Part shown: one piece after another, positions 45,472 to 56,500 of the stretch
How positions within the stretch are numbered: position 1 is the stretch's first letter
Layout: every line of letters begins with the position of its first letter
Virus record (IMG/VR): IMGVR_UViG_3300001846_000219
Source: a virus
Strand: one strand, 5' to 3'
Length of the DNA: 64,000 bases
The notes under the pieces: model-generated
Told to the model about the DNA's origin: nothing
Databases searched by the model: none
The model's input: only the letters and a program-made list of their open reading frames with translations
Made by a program: the position numbers and the translations under genes

Positions 45472-47145
45472 ATGGCTAAGCAGAACCTCAATATTGGCGT
45501 CTCCGCTAACGACGGAACAGGTGATACTCTAAGAGATGGCGCTATTAAACTAAACAACGTCATCAACGAGTTGTATAATTACCTCGGAGATCAGACCAAT
45601 CTGCAAATCAGTATTGGTTCTCCTTCGACGAACCAAGTTCTGAAGTGGAACGGCAGCGTTTTCACTGAGGGTCAACTTGCACTATCAAACCTCACCGACA
45701 TTGATGTTGGTGGTTTGACCAATGGTCAGGTTCTGAAGTGGAATGATGCAAACTCTCGCTGGCAACCTGGCGATGACCTTCAGGGTGGTACTGGTGGTAC
45801 TGTAATTGACAACCTTGCCAATAATGGCAGCGGCGACATTGTTGTTAGTGCCCACGTCCTGCCGAATTCCGACGTTACATATGATCTGGGTTCTTCTACA
45901 CTTAAGTTCCGTGACATTTATCTGAGTGCAGCAACTATCTGGTTGGATGATTCTGGTCTCAGTACAGATACTGCAACTCAAGAAATCACCAAGAAAAAGA
46001 GGGGGCAGCATCTAGTCAACAGCATTGACACTGGCACAACTCGCACTATTGCGGCAAAACTCACTACCGAAAACTCTACTGAGCAAGAGAAGTTCCACAA
46101 TCGCTTCTCGGTTATGAAAGCAGATACCAAGTTGGAACTTGTAGATTCCACTGGTGCAAAAGCAGCGGTTGCGTTCATTGACTATACTGCCGAAAGTGGT
46201 CCTGCACGTGCATTTATTAGAGTTGCTGCAATTGGCGTAAATGCATCTCAAGAACTTTCTGCTGTCAACCCGATTCAGATCGATTCTCTCAATCGTATGA
46301 TTTCGGAGGATGAAGCAGGCAAGATTGATCTGGGTGGAGATCTCACCTTTGGTGCTGGTCGCTCAATGAAGATTGATGAGGATGGTATTCTCGAACTTCC
46401 TGCAAGTGGTTCTATTCGCTTCGGTGATCAAGCATCAACAAAAACCATTGCTCTAGACGTTGATGGTAACCTTGATCTGACTGCTGGTACTGAGATTCGT
46501 TTTGGTGGTGATGCTAACAAAGCGATTAAGTTTGACTCTAATGGCAACTTAGAAATTCCAGAATCTTCGGAAATTCGCTTTGGTAATAGCGGAACCAAGA
46601 AATTGGCGATGGATGCGAATGATAACCTCGTTCTCCCCACAGATGCAGAAATCAAAGTCGGTACCAAGCGCATTAAAATTGATACCAACGGTGAACTTCA
46701 AATTGCAAATGACGGTACAAACTTTGAAGATTCTGACGGTGGATTCCGTCGTCAAATCAACAACGCTCCTGGTGGTTCGTCGTTGATTAAGGGTCACGAT
46801 AATGCGACTATCTACAAACCATCCCCAACACTTTTGTTTAGATTCTCTGGTGTTGGTAATACTGCATACAATGTTCAGGGACCAGGTTTCCCTGCAAGTG
46901 GTTCTCAGAATGCGACCATAGTGTTATATCGTGGTTTTACTTACGATCTCCATAGTGTTTCTGGTGCTACACACCCCCTGAGAATCCAAGCAACAACTGG
47001 TTTGGGTCAGTCTGCATATACCACTGGAGTTACTGGTTCTGAGTCTGGATTGCAGTCCTTCACAGTTCCTATGAACGCTCCCAATACACTGTATTATCAG
47101 TGCACAGTCCATAGCGCAATGAACGGTACATTCGATATTCGTTGA
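45472..47145 (+). CDS. gp9/gp10-like baseplate-fibre connector with a C-terminal cupredoxin-like domain
   Basis: MAKQNLNIG..ANDGTGDTLRDGAIKLN...ELY; internal G.L.IP..SEIRFG repeats; YYQCTVHSAM. Confidence 0.75.
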   Translation: MAKQNLNIGVSANDGTGDTLRDGAIKLNNVINELYNYLGDQTNLQISIGSPSTNQVLKWNGSVFTEGQLALSNLTDIDVGGLTNGQVLKWNDANSRWQPGDDLQGGTGGTVIDNLANNGSGDIVVSAHVLPNSDVTYDLGSSTLKFRDIYLSAATIWLDDSGLSTDTATQEITKKKRGQHLVNSIDTGTTRTIAAKLTTENSTEQEKFHNRFSVMKADTKLELVDSTGAKAAVAFIDYTAESGPARAFIRVAAIGVNASQELSAVNPIQIDSLNRMISEDEAGKIDLGGDLTFGAGRSMKIDEDGILELPASGSIRFGDQASTKTIALDVDGNLDLTAGTEIRFGGDANKAIKFDSNGNLEIPESSEIRFGNSGTKKLAMDANDNLVLPTDAEIKVGTKRIKIDTNGELQIANDGTNFEDSDGGFRRQINNAPGGSSLIKGHDNATIYKPSPTLLFRFSGVGNTAYNVQGPGFPASGSQNATIVLYRGFTYDLHSVSGATHPLRIQATTGLGQSAYTTGVTGSESGLQSFTVPMNAPNTLYYQCTVHSAMNGTFDIR

Positions 47146-47148
47146 TAA

Positions 47149-49023
47149 ATGGCAAGAACAGTTCCTGGATCTGGTGCAATCATTGTTCCAGTCTTTAATA
47201 GCATTTATGGTGTTAAAGACGTTTTTGTGGAGGATGGTGGTTCTGGATATAATCCATCCGATCCTCCACAGTTGAAGATTGCAAACTGTGGTGCGCCCAT
47301 TCGCGAAGCGGTTTTAGAACCAGTAATCGCGAATGGGCAAATTGCTGCGGTCAAAGTGTTAGACCCAGGTGAAGGATATGATCCATTTAGAATCGAAATC
47401 GATACTGATGGTATTGGAACTGGTGCTGTTGCAAAAGCAATTCTATATGAAGAAGATAGATTTGATATTAACGGCAACCTGATTGCACCAGCAGGTTCGA
47501 TTCAATACATTCAAGTCCTTTCAAATGGCGATGAGTATTATAATTCTCCAACAACAGCAACGGTAAGAGGTGGTGGTGGATCTGGTGCCGAACTTCGTCC
47601 TGTTACTGGTCTTGTTACTGGTCTTAGTTTAGAGAATCCTGGATCTAACTACGAACTTGGTGACATTAACCTCATCATCTCTGGTGGTGGGGGTCAAGGT
47701 GCAACGGGTGTTGCTGAAGTCGATGAATTCGGGGTTGTCAAACAAGTTAGAGTAACCAATCCTGGAGAATTCTATGAAACTCCCCCCGTTATTCTATTAA
47801 ATGGTGGTGGTGGATCTGGCGGTAAAGCAATAGCAAACTTAAATCTTGGATCTATTTCATCTATCGATATTACAGATCCTGGCGGTGGATATTCGTCATC
47901 ACCATCAGTGCTGTTTACACGAACAACAGACTTAACCAGAGCATCTAGAAACAGACAGTCATTCAACTCAACTCTGTATAACGTTACTGGTTTGTTGGCG
48001 GATATTAACGAAAATGATGATACAGTCTATGTTCAAACAACCACCCCATATCCAGGATCGGGTAAAATTCTTATCGGAAGAGAAATTATCCGTTATACAG
48101 GTAAAACACTTACATCATTTACTGGATGCGATCGTGCACTCAACTTCCGATATGATCAGAAGGTAACTCTAGATTCTCTCGCTAACGACAGTTACGGCGT
48201 ATCTCAATACAACTTCAATGTTGGTGATAGAGTTGTTAGGACAAATGAAAGTGCATCCAACAAAATTGCTCGCGTTTATGATTGGATTCCAGAACAAAGA
48301 GCACTATTTCTCACCTTTGAGGTTGACGAACTAGCATTTATTGATGGTGGTTCGTCTCAAGTTAAGTCCCAGGTGATTGACTTTAGTGGTGGTGTTGGAT
48401 CCGCAACCGCTACAGGTGTGTCTCCACACACAATTGTTGATAGAGCAAATAGCAGAATTGTCACATTGACTGTTCCCATTAGTTATATCCAAGATAAGGC
48501 ATTTGAAGATATTGCCGAATTGGATGGTCTTGGCGATGGTATTCCTGATCTGATTAACGCGAATACCGATTTTGAGGGTGAGATTAGTCTTGACGGTGGT
48601 ATTGCATCTTCACTATATGGTATTGAAGAAACTGTGGGTGGTCAGAATACAACCCTATTTGCAGTTGGCGATCAGATGTCTGATAGTTCTATACCCCCAT
48701 TAGCACCTACAGTTTCCGTTGCAGGTGATCTTGGTGATGGTGATGTACACGATGCTGTAGTTATATTTACATTCCGTGTTATTGCTCCAACTACAAGCAA
48801 TTATGTGATTGGTGAAACTGTAACTGGATCTATTACGGGAATCACTGGAACAGTTGAGTCCTGGAATATTGAAACTATGGAATTAGCGATTGGTAGTGTT
48901 GTTCCCAGTTCTGGCAATTACCTTTGGAATAAGAATGAAACTGTCACAGGATCGCAATCTGGCGTAACTGGAACCATACAACAAATTAACTATCCATCAT
49001 TTGTCAGAAACGAACCCGACTAA
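47149..49023 (+). CDS. Virion structural (baseplate) protein
   Basis: GGSGY/PGxGY beta-repeats; lies between the gp9-like gene and gp8. Confidence 0.75.
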   Translation: MARTVPGSGAIIVPVFNSIYGVKDVFVEDGGSGYNPSDPPQLKIANCGAPIREAVLEPVIANGQIAAVKVLDPGEGYDPFRIEIDTDGIGTGAVAKAILYEEDRFDINGNLIAPAGSIQYIQVLSNGDEYYNSPTTATVRGGGGSGAELRPVTGLVTGLSLENPGSNYELGDINLIISGGGGQGATGVAEVDEFGVVKQVRVTNPGEFYETPPVILLNGGGGSGGKAIANLNLGSISSIDITDPGGGYSSSPSVLFTRTTDLTRASRNRQSFNSTLYNVTGLLADINENDDTVYVQTTTPYPGSGKILIGREIIRYTGKTLTSFTGCDRALNFRYDQKVTLDSLANDSYGVSQYNFNVGDRVVRTNESASNKIARVYDWIPEQRALFLTFEVDELAFIDGGSSQVKSQVIDFSGGVGSATATGVSPHTIVDRANSRIVTLTVPISYIQDKAFEDIAELDGLGDGIPDLINANTDFEGEISLDGGIASSLYGIEETVGGQNTTLFAVGDQMSDSSIPPLAPTVSVAGDLGDGDVHDAVVIFTFRVIAPTTSNYVIGETVTGSITGITGTVESWNIETMELAIGSVVPSSGNYLWNKNETVTGSQSGVTGTIQQINYPSFVRNEPD

Positions 49024-49028
49024 CCACC

Positions 49029-49035
49029 ATAAATA
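49029..49035 (+). promoter_or_regulatory. T4-type late promoter
   Basis: ATAAATA upstream of gp8. Confidence 0.65.
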
Positions 49036-49057
49036 AAGAGAAGGCAGAAACTGTCCA

Positions 49058-50593
49058 ATGGCACTACTTACCGACCAATTTAGAATTTTCACAGCAGAAA
49101 AATTCATTAAGTCGCTTGAAGGTCCTGATAAGAACCAAAGCGATATTGCTGCTGGTGCGAATAGAGATCGTCTTTATGTTTACATTGGACGACCTCAGGA
49201 GTGGGATAACGAGAATAATCCTCCTACACCAGTTGACTCTTTCCAAGAGTTTTCTGATTCATTCGATGATATGATCTCGATGAAGCGTGTTCTTGCGAAC
49301 GATGCTATTCAGGTTATTCGTCGTATCGACTGGATTCCCCCCGAGCAAACTACTGGTGGTTTGGGTTATGTGTACGATATGTATCGTCACGACTATTCTT
49401 CCTCCAAAACTGCATCTTCTGGTGCAACCAAACTGTATGATTCTGACTTCTACGTGGTTAACTCCTCGTATCAAGTCTATAAGTGCATCTATAATGGTAC
49501 CTCCCCCAGTGATCCAAACGGTAAGCCTTCAACCGTTGAACCCACTGGCACTTCAACTTCCATTATTACCACTGCTGATGGGTATCGTTGGAAGTATATG
49601 TATACTGTTCCTGTCGGTCAGGTGCTGAAGTTCTTCTCTGGCGACTATATGCCAGTGTTGAGTGATACTGCGGTTATCTCTGATGCTGTTGGTGGAGAAA
49701 TCGACACGGTTGTTATCCAGTCTTCTGGTTCTGGTTATAACAATGGTACCTACGAAAATGTTCCTATCAAAGGCGATGGTACTGGTGGTCGTATCTCTAT
49801 CGTTGTTGATGGTGGTCGCATCGTTTCTGCAACAGTGACCTCTGGTGGTTCTAACTATTCTTTCGGTAAAGTTATTATCGATGAAGTGAATGGTATCGGT
49901 TCTGGTACTGGTTCTGGTGGTGCTATCGACGTTATCATTCCCCCGAAAGGTGGTCACGGTTCTGGTCCGCAAGTTGAACTTGGCGGTTTCCGTGTGATGA
50001 TTAACACCAAGTTCACCTATGATGAAGGTTCTGGCGATTTCCCAACTGACAACGACTATCGTCGTATCGGTTTGGTGCTGAATCCTCTGAAGTATGGTAC
50101 CGAAGAATTGGCAGACGCTATCACAATTTCTGCTACAAATGCTGTGATCTTCTCGCCAGATTTCACAGGTTCGTTTAACACTGACGAAATCATCACTCAG
50201 ACACGTACTATCGGTGGTCAACAAGTGACTGCTCGTGGACGAGTGGTTTCTTGGAATAACACAACAAAAGTTTTGAAGTATTATCAAAACCGCATTGACG
50301 GTATTTTCCCAGAAATTTCTGGTAACAAAACTGTCTTTGACGGTGGTAATACAGTTGTGGGTTCTGGTTCTGGTACTTCTGCCGATCCAGACATCAACTT
50401 CCCAATTGTTCCTGGTGATGGAACTCGTATTATTAACAACACTGAATATGACTTGGGTATGTCTTTCACTTCTGGTTATGCAAGACCCGAAGTTAAAAAA
50501 GACTCTGGAAAAGTTATCTACATAGATAATAGGAGAGCGATCTCTCGCGCTGGCGACCAAATCGAAGACATCAAGATCGTAGTAGAGTTCTAA
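49058..50593 (+). CDS. gp8: Baseplate wedge subunit gp8
   Basis: YVYIGRPQEW...VIRRIDW...YVVNSSYQVYKCIYNG...DGYRWKYMYT...YIDNRRAI.R...Q.EDIKIVVEF. Confidence 0.9.
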   Translation: MALLTDQFRIFTAEKFIKSLEGPDKNQSDIAAGANRDRLYVYIGRPQEWDNENNPPTPVDSFQEFSDSFDDMISMKRVLANDAIQVIRRIDWIPPEQTTGGLGYVYDMYRHDYSSSKTASSGATKLYDSDFYVVNSSYQVYKCIYNGTSPSDPNGKPSTVEPTGTSTSIITTADGYRWKYMYTVPVGQVLKFFSGDYMPVLSDTAVISDAVGGEIDTVVIQSSGSGYNNGTYENVPIKGDGTGGRISIVVDGGRIVSATVTSGGSNYSFGKVIIDEVNGIGSGTGSGGAIDVIIPPKGGHGSGPQVELGGFRVMINTKFTYDEGSGDFPTDNDYRRIGLVLNPLKYGTEELADAITISATNAVIFSPDFTGSFNTDEIITQTRTIGGQQVTARGRVVSWNNTTKVLKYYQNRIDGIFPEISGNKTVFDGGNTVVGSGSGTSADPDINFPIVPGDGTRIINNTEYDLGMSFTSGYARPEVKKDSGKVIYIDNRRAISRAGDQIEDIKIVVEF

Positions 50594-50597
50594 AACA

Positions 50598-53500
50598 ATG
50601 CCTCAGAATACCAATCTGAATATCTCCCCTTACTTCGACGATTTCGATAAGGCGGACAATTTCTACCGAGTGCTTTTCCGTCCTGGGTATCCCATTCAGG
50701 CACGAGAACTCACAACGATGCAATCTCTGTTGCAAAACCAGATTGAATCGTTTGGTACCCATATGTTCAAGGATGGCTCGATGGTCATCCCTGGTCAGGT
50801 TGGTTACGATCTTGATGCAAAAGCCATTCTACTTCAAGAGTCATTTCTTGGTGCCGACATTGAGCAATACAGAGCACAACTTGACGGTAAGATCATTGAA
50901 GGTCTGACGACAGGTGTTAAAGCAAAAGTTCTGTTCTCTATCCCAGCATCAGAATCTGACAGAGGATACATTACAGTATATCTAAAATATTTGACATCTG
51001 GTGGTGATGATAATGATGTCGCCACATTCGTGAATAATGAACAACTCATTTGTGAATCGGAAATTACTTATGGTAATTCTCTAATCGAGATTGGCACACC
51101 ATTTGCACAGATGCTCCCAACCAGTGCTACAGCAATTGGTTCTACAGCATCCGTTGCTGCTGGTGTCTACTTCATCCGTGGTTACTTTGTGGATGTTGCG
51201 GCTCAAACAATTGTTCTTGATCAGTACGGAAACAACCCCTCATATCGTATCGGTCTGGAAATCTTTGAGTCTATTGTTACTCCAGAAGACGATCCAGAAC
51301 TCAACGATAACGCAACTGGCACTTCTAACTACTCTGCTCCTGGTGCTCACCGCTTCAGAATCAGAACTTCCTTGGTTAAGAAGGTTATCGATGATGATAC
51401 CGATAAGAACTTCCTCGAACTTCTGAGAATCAACAAATCTCAGATCGAATCTTTTGTTGAAAGAAGCGCATATAATGAAATGGCAAGAGAACTTGCCAGA
51501 AGAACATATGATGAGTCTGGTGACTATACCGTCCGAGATTTTGATGTTCGTATTAGAGAACACCAGAATGATGGTATCAATAATGGCGTATATCTCCCTG
51601 GCGAGGTTTCCCCTGGTGGAATCTCATCTTCGGAATCTTATTATTCTATTGAGGTTGGTCCTGGTAAAGCATATGTTCGTGGATATGAGTCAGAAACTCT
51701 GACTCCGACCTTTGTTGACCTGATCAAACCCAGAACTACTGTCGGTCTGCAGAACTCGATCATTCCGTTTGAACTCGGCAACTATATGCTGATGAATAAC
51801 GTGAAGGGTTCTCCGATTGTAAACGGTAATAACATCACTGCAAACTATCAAGTTGTTGAACTTCGTGACGTTGCACCTAATAATGCTCTGACTGCATCTG
51901 GACGTATTATTGGTTATGCACGTGTGGCAGCATATGAGTATCATAGTGGAACAAATGTCAACTCAACTTCGACTGTTTTCAAAGCATACCTGTTTGACAT
52001 TCAACCGCTCACACTATTTAAGATGAGCAATAATGTGACTCTTTCGCAGGGTCACGTTATTCGTGGTCGTACTTCCAGAGCAAAAGCATTTGTCGAAGGT
52101 GATGTTGCTGGTGGTAGCCTGTTTAGTGTTTATCAGGTTTATGGTTCTTTCCGTGCTGGTGAAGTTATCGAACGTGATGGCGTTGAAATTGGTACCTTGG
52201 ATGACCTCTTCCAATATGAGGTTACTGATGCAAAAGGTATTACTGGTAGAGATCCCGACACTAATGCAATTGTCTTTGCAGGTGATTTTGTTCTCGATCA
52301 AGAAACAGTTATCCTCGGAACAAACTTCAGTGTCCCCAACACTGGCAGTGGCACTTTGACTGGTACACAATCCAATTTCACGTTGGATCTGCGTCCTGGT
52401 GATGTTCTCACTGCAAATGGCAGTACCACACTACAGGTCAATCTCATCGATACTTCTGGTAGCAGTATTGCGAACAAAGTTACCAGTGCAACCACGGTGA
52501 CTTATTCCAGTGGAAGTGTTGTAGCAGACGATTATGCATTCTTAGTTCGTCGTCGTGTACAAGTCTATGATCGTGAGACTGCAGATCTCCTGATCGAAAT
52601 GCCCAAGGATTCGATCAACAACATTTCTGATGAATCTGCAATCGTTGCACGTTCTTTTGATGACATCACGGTTACTGGTGCAAACGACTTTACGATCTCT
52701 CTGCCTGCTGACGAACAGTTCCTGGCATATGATAAGGATCATTATCAATTGGTTTCTCTTGCACCTACTGCAGGTACATTAATTGATATTGAAAATAATA
52801 TTACATTCAACACAACTGGTACACCCAGAACATCTCTGACTGTTTCTGGTCTTGCTGGTATCACTTCTTGCCGTCTCATTGCTTCTGTGTCTAAAAACCA
52901 GGCAGAGAAGAAACTGAAGAATGCTACTGAAATGGAAGTGATGAAGGTTGAGCGTACTGCCAACTCTTCAGATAACGTTAAGTATGGTCTGACCTACGGA
53001 TCTTTGTATGGTACCCGTATTGAAGACGAAGAAATTTCGCTGGGTTGTACTGACGTTTATAGAATTCACGCAGTTTATGAATCCGCAGATGATAATGCTG
53101 CTGTGATTCCTAACCTGACAATGCAAGATGCTACCATCTTCCAAAAGGGTACTATCATTGAAGGTCAAACATCTAAGGCAAAAGCAAGAGTTGTAAACTT
53201 CAATCCAGTGTCTTATGTTTGCCACTTTGTGTATGAGAACGATTCGTTCTTTATCCTCGGTGAGACAATCCGTGGTTTCGATGCAAACAATAATGTCATT
53301 ACTGGTTTGGTGAATGATGCTGAAGGATCCGTCAACAATGGTTCTCGTAACATTACCGATTCTTTCTTCCTCGATGTTAACCAGCAAGGACATTACTATG
53401 ACATTTCTAAACTGATTCGATATGCTGGATCGACATCACCGTTGCGTAAGTTGATGGTTGTCTTCAACAGATTCACTCACGAAGCAACTGGCGACTACTT

Positions 53501-56500
53501 TGCATCCCAATCTTACGTCGGTATCGATTATAAGGATATTCCGACGGTCAAATTCAATGGTGAAACACGTAATCTTAGAGATGTCCTTGATTTCAGACCT
53601 GCTGTTACTCCAGTTCTATCTGGTTCTGGTACTGTTGGTAGTCCGTACTATGTGAACTGTGCATCTTTGGACTTCAAAGATCGTGGTTTCTCCTCTGGTG
53701 GTGTGGCTAATAACGCTACGGTCATTGATATTCCGAAACCCGAATCCGATTTCCGTTGCGACTATGACTATTATGTTGGTCGTATCGATAAACTGTTCCT
53801 GACTGATCAGCAAGAGTTCAAGGTTGTTAAGGGTATCCCTGGTGAAAAGGATGATATTCCTACAAACATTGATAATGCGATGCTTCTGGCAACATTCTAT
53901 CACGAAGCATATGGTTATAGACCCGAAAACGTTCACATCATTCGGGAAAATAATCGTCGTTTCACGATGAAGGACATTGGTTATATTGAAAGACGTGTTG
54001 ACAACCTCGAATATTACACCTCGCTGAGTCTCCTCGAACTCGAAACTGCTCAATTGTCCATTAAGGACAGCGATGGTTTCGATAAGTTCAAGAACGGATT
54101 CCTGGTTGATAACTTCACATCTTTCGATTCTGCAGATACTTCACAACAAGATTTTGCTTGTGCACTGGACTTTGGTGAAGGTCTTCTGCGTGCATCTCAC
54201 TACACTACAAATGTTCCCCTCGAATTTAATGTAAATGCATCTTCTGGAGTTACTCTCCACGAAACTGGCACTCTGACTCTTCCATACGAAGAAACTCAGT
54301 TCATTGTTCAACCATATGCATCTCGTGTTGAGAACGTTAACCCGTTCAACGTGTTTGCATACATCGGTCGTCTTGATCTCTTCCCCTCGTCTGACGACTG
54401 GGTGGATAGCAGAAGAGCACCCGATCGTGTGGTGAACCTGGAAGGTGATTTCACAGCAACAATGCTGCGTCTTGGTGCTGACCAGAATACAGGTTTTGCT
54501 CCTGTTCAGTGGAACGCTTGGAGAACTAACTGGACATCAAACTCCAGTAGATCGAGTTCTCAGTTTATGCGTCGTGGTAACTGGCCGTTTATTAGAAGAA
54601 TCAACAGAACAACATCTACAAGCGTTAGTTCTCAAACAAGATCTGGTCTTAGAACTCGTGTTGTTCCCAGAATTGACCGTCAATCTCTTGGAGACAATGT
54701 GATTGAAAGAACTGTGATTCCTTTCATCCGTTCTAGAAATATTGCATTTGCTGTTCAGCGCCTCAAACCATACACCAGATTCTATGCATTCATTGACAAT
54801 GTTGACGTAAATTACTACTCAACTCCCAAACTGCTTGAAGTAACGAAGAACCCAGTTGACGATGTTCGTACAAATGACACACCATTTGTTACTGGAGAAA
54901 CCGTTATCGGTCAACAATCTGGATGTAGATTGAAGCTTGTGAATCCCAATGAGGGATTTGATGATGGTCTGTCTCCTTACGACAAGTCGGAACTTCCTTC
55001 CTCTTATGCTTCTACCACACCTCTACTGAATATCGACACTAAGATTATGTCGGAGACGGTTGCTGGTGACTACTATGGTAACCCAATTGAAACCGAGATT
55101 CTGGTGGGTCAAACCTCTGGTGCTCGTGCTGTGGTCAAGAAAAAGCGTTTGGTTGCAAATACCAACGGTGACCTCAGCGGCATTATGTGGATTCCCAATC
55201 CTGCGGTCAATACTAACCCCAGATTTGCAACTGGCACTCGTGTCATCCGTCTGACAACTTCTGCTACAGATTCTCGCATTCCTGGTCAAGTTGACTCTGC
55301 AGCATCTGCAAACTATGTTGCATCTGGTATCTTGGAAACCAAGCAGCAGACAATTCTTGCAGTTAGAAATGCAGATCTTGTAAGAGATACTGTGACACAG
55401 AACCGTATTGTTTCTAGTAGCAGCACATCCACTCGTGATACTGGTTGGTACGATCCCCTGGCACAATCCTTCTTGGTTGAGTCTAAGGGTGGTGCATTCC
55501 TGACGGGATGCGAACTGTATTTCAATACAAAGGATGAAAGAATTCCTGTTTCTGTGCAGGTTCGTGAGATGGCAAATGGTTATCCAACCACCAAAGTTTT
55601 GGCGTTCTCTGACGTTACTCTTCTTCCCTCTCAGGTCAACCTTTCCGAGAACGGTACTGTTTCTACTAAGTTTACATTCCAATCTCCAATCTATGTGACA
55701 GAAAACCGCGAATATTGCCTCGTAGTTCTGTCCGACTCTAACGAATATAAACTCTGGATTTCCAGAATGGGTGAGGATGATGTGACTAGCGATAGAACCA
55801 TCTCCGAGCAACCGTATGCTGGTGTTCTGTTTAAGTCTCAGAACGCATCTACTTGGACTGCTGACCAGTACGAAGACCTTAAGTTTATCCTGCATAAAGC
55901 AGAATTTGCTACTGGTACTAGCGGTACTGCAGTGTTCAACAACGCTAAACTTGCATTGGGTAACTCTGGTATTGCACAACTTCGCAATAATCCAGTCACC
56001 ACCTTGAAACCTCAAGTGAAGATTGTTCTTAGCGATCACGCTGCAAACTTCACTATCGGTGCTGAGATCACTCAAACTGATACTTCACCTGTTCCTTCTG
56101 CGATTGTTCGTGAAGTTGTTCAAGGTGTTCAAGGTTCATCGAACGCATATATCATCGTTGATGATGTGAATGGCACCTTCCGTGAAGGTGTTGCTTCTGG
56201 TTCGTCGTTCATCTATAGATTGGTTTCTTCCAGATCTATCGCAAACATCACTTTGACTGGCGTTACTGGAACTTTCACTGTTGATGAGGCGATCACGAAC
56301 GGTTCTGGTGCATCTGGTATTGTGACTAATTGGAATTCTGGTACTGGTGTTGTCACAATCAAGTCTGTGACTGGCACCTTTGCTGATGGTGATCCTGTTA
56401 CCCAGGAAATTAACCAAGTTACTACTGGTTCTGGTACCATCGGTTCCAGCGGAGTTGCTCTGAGTGGTGATGACATCAACGATTATCCCGCTGCACCAAT

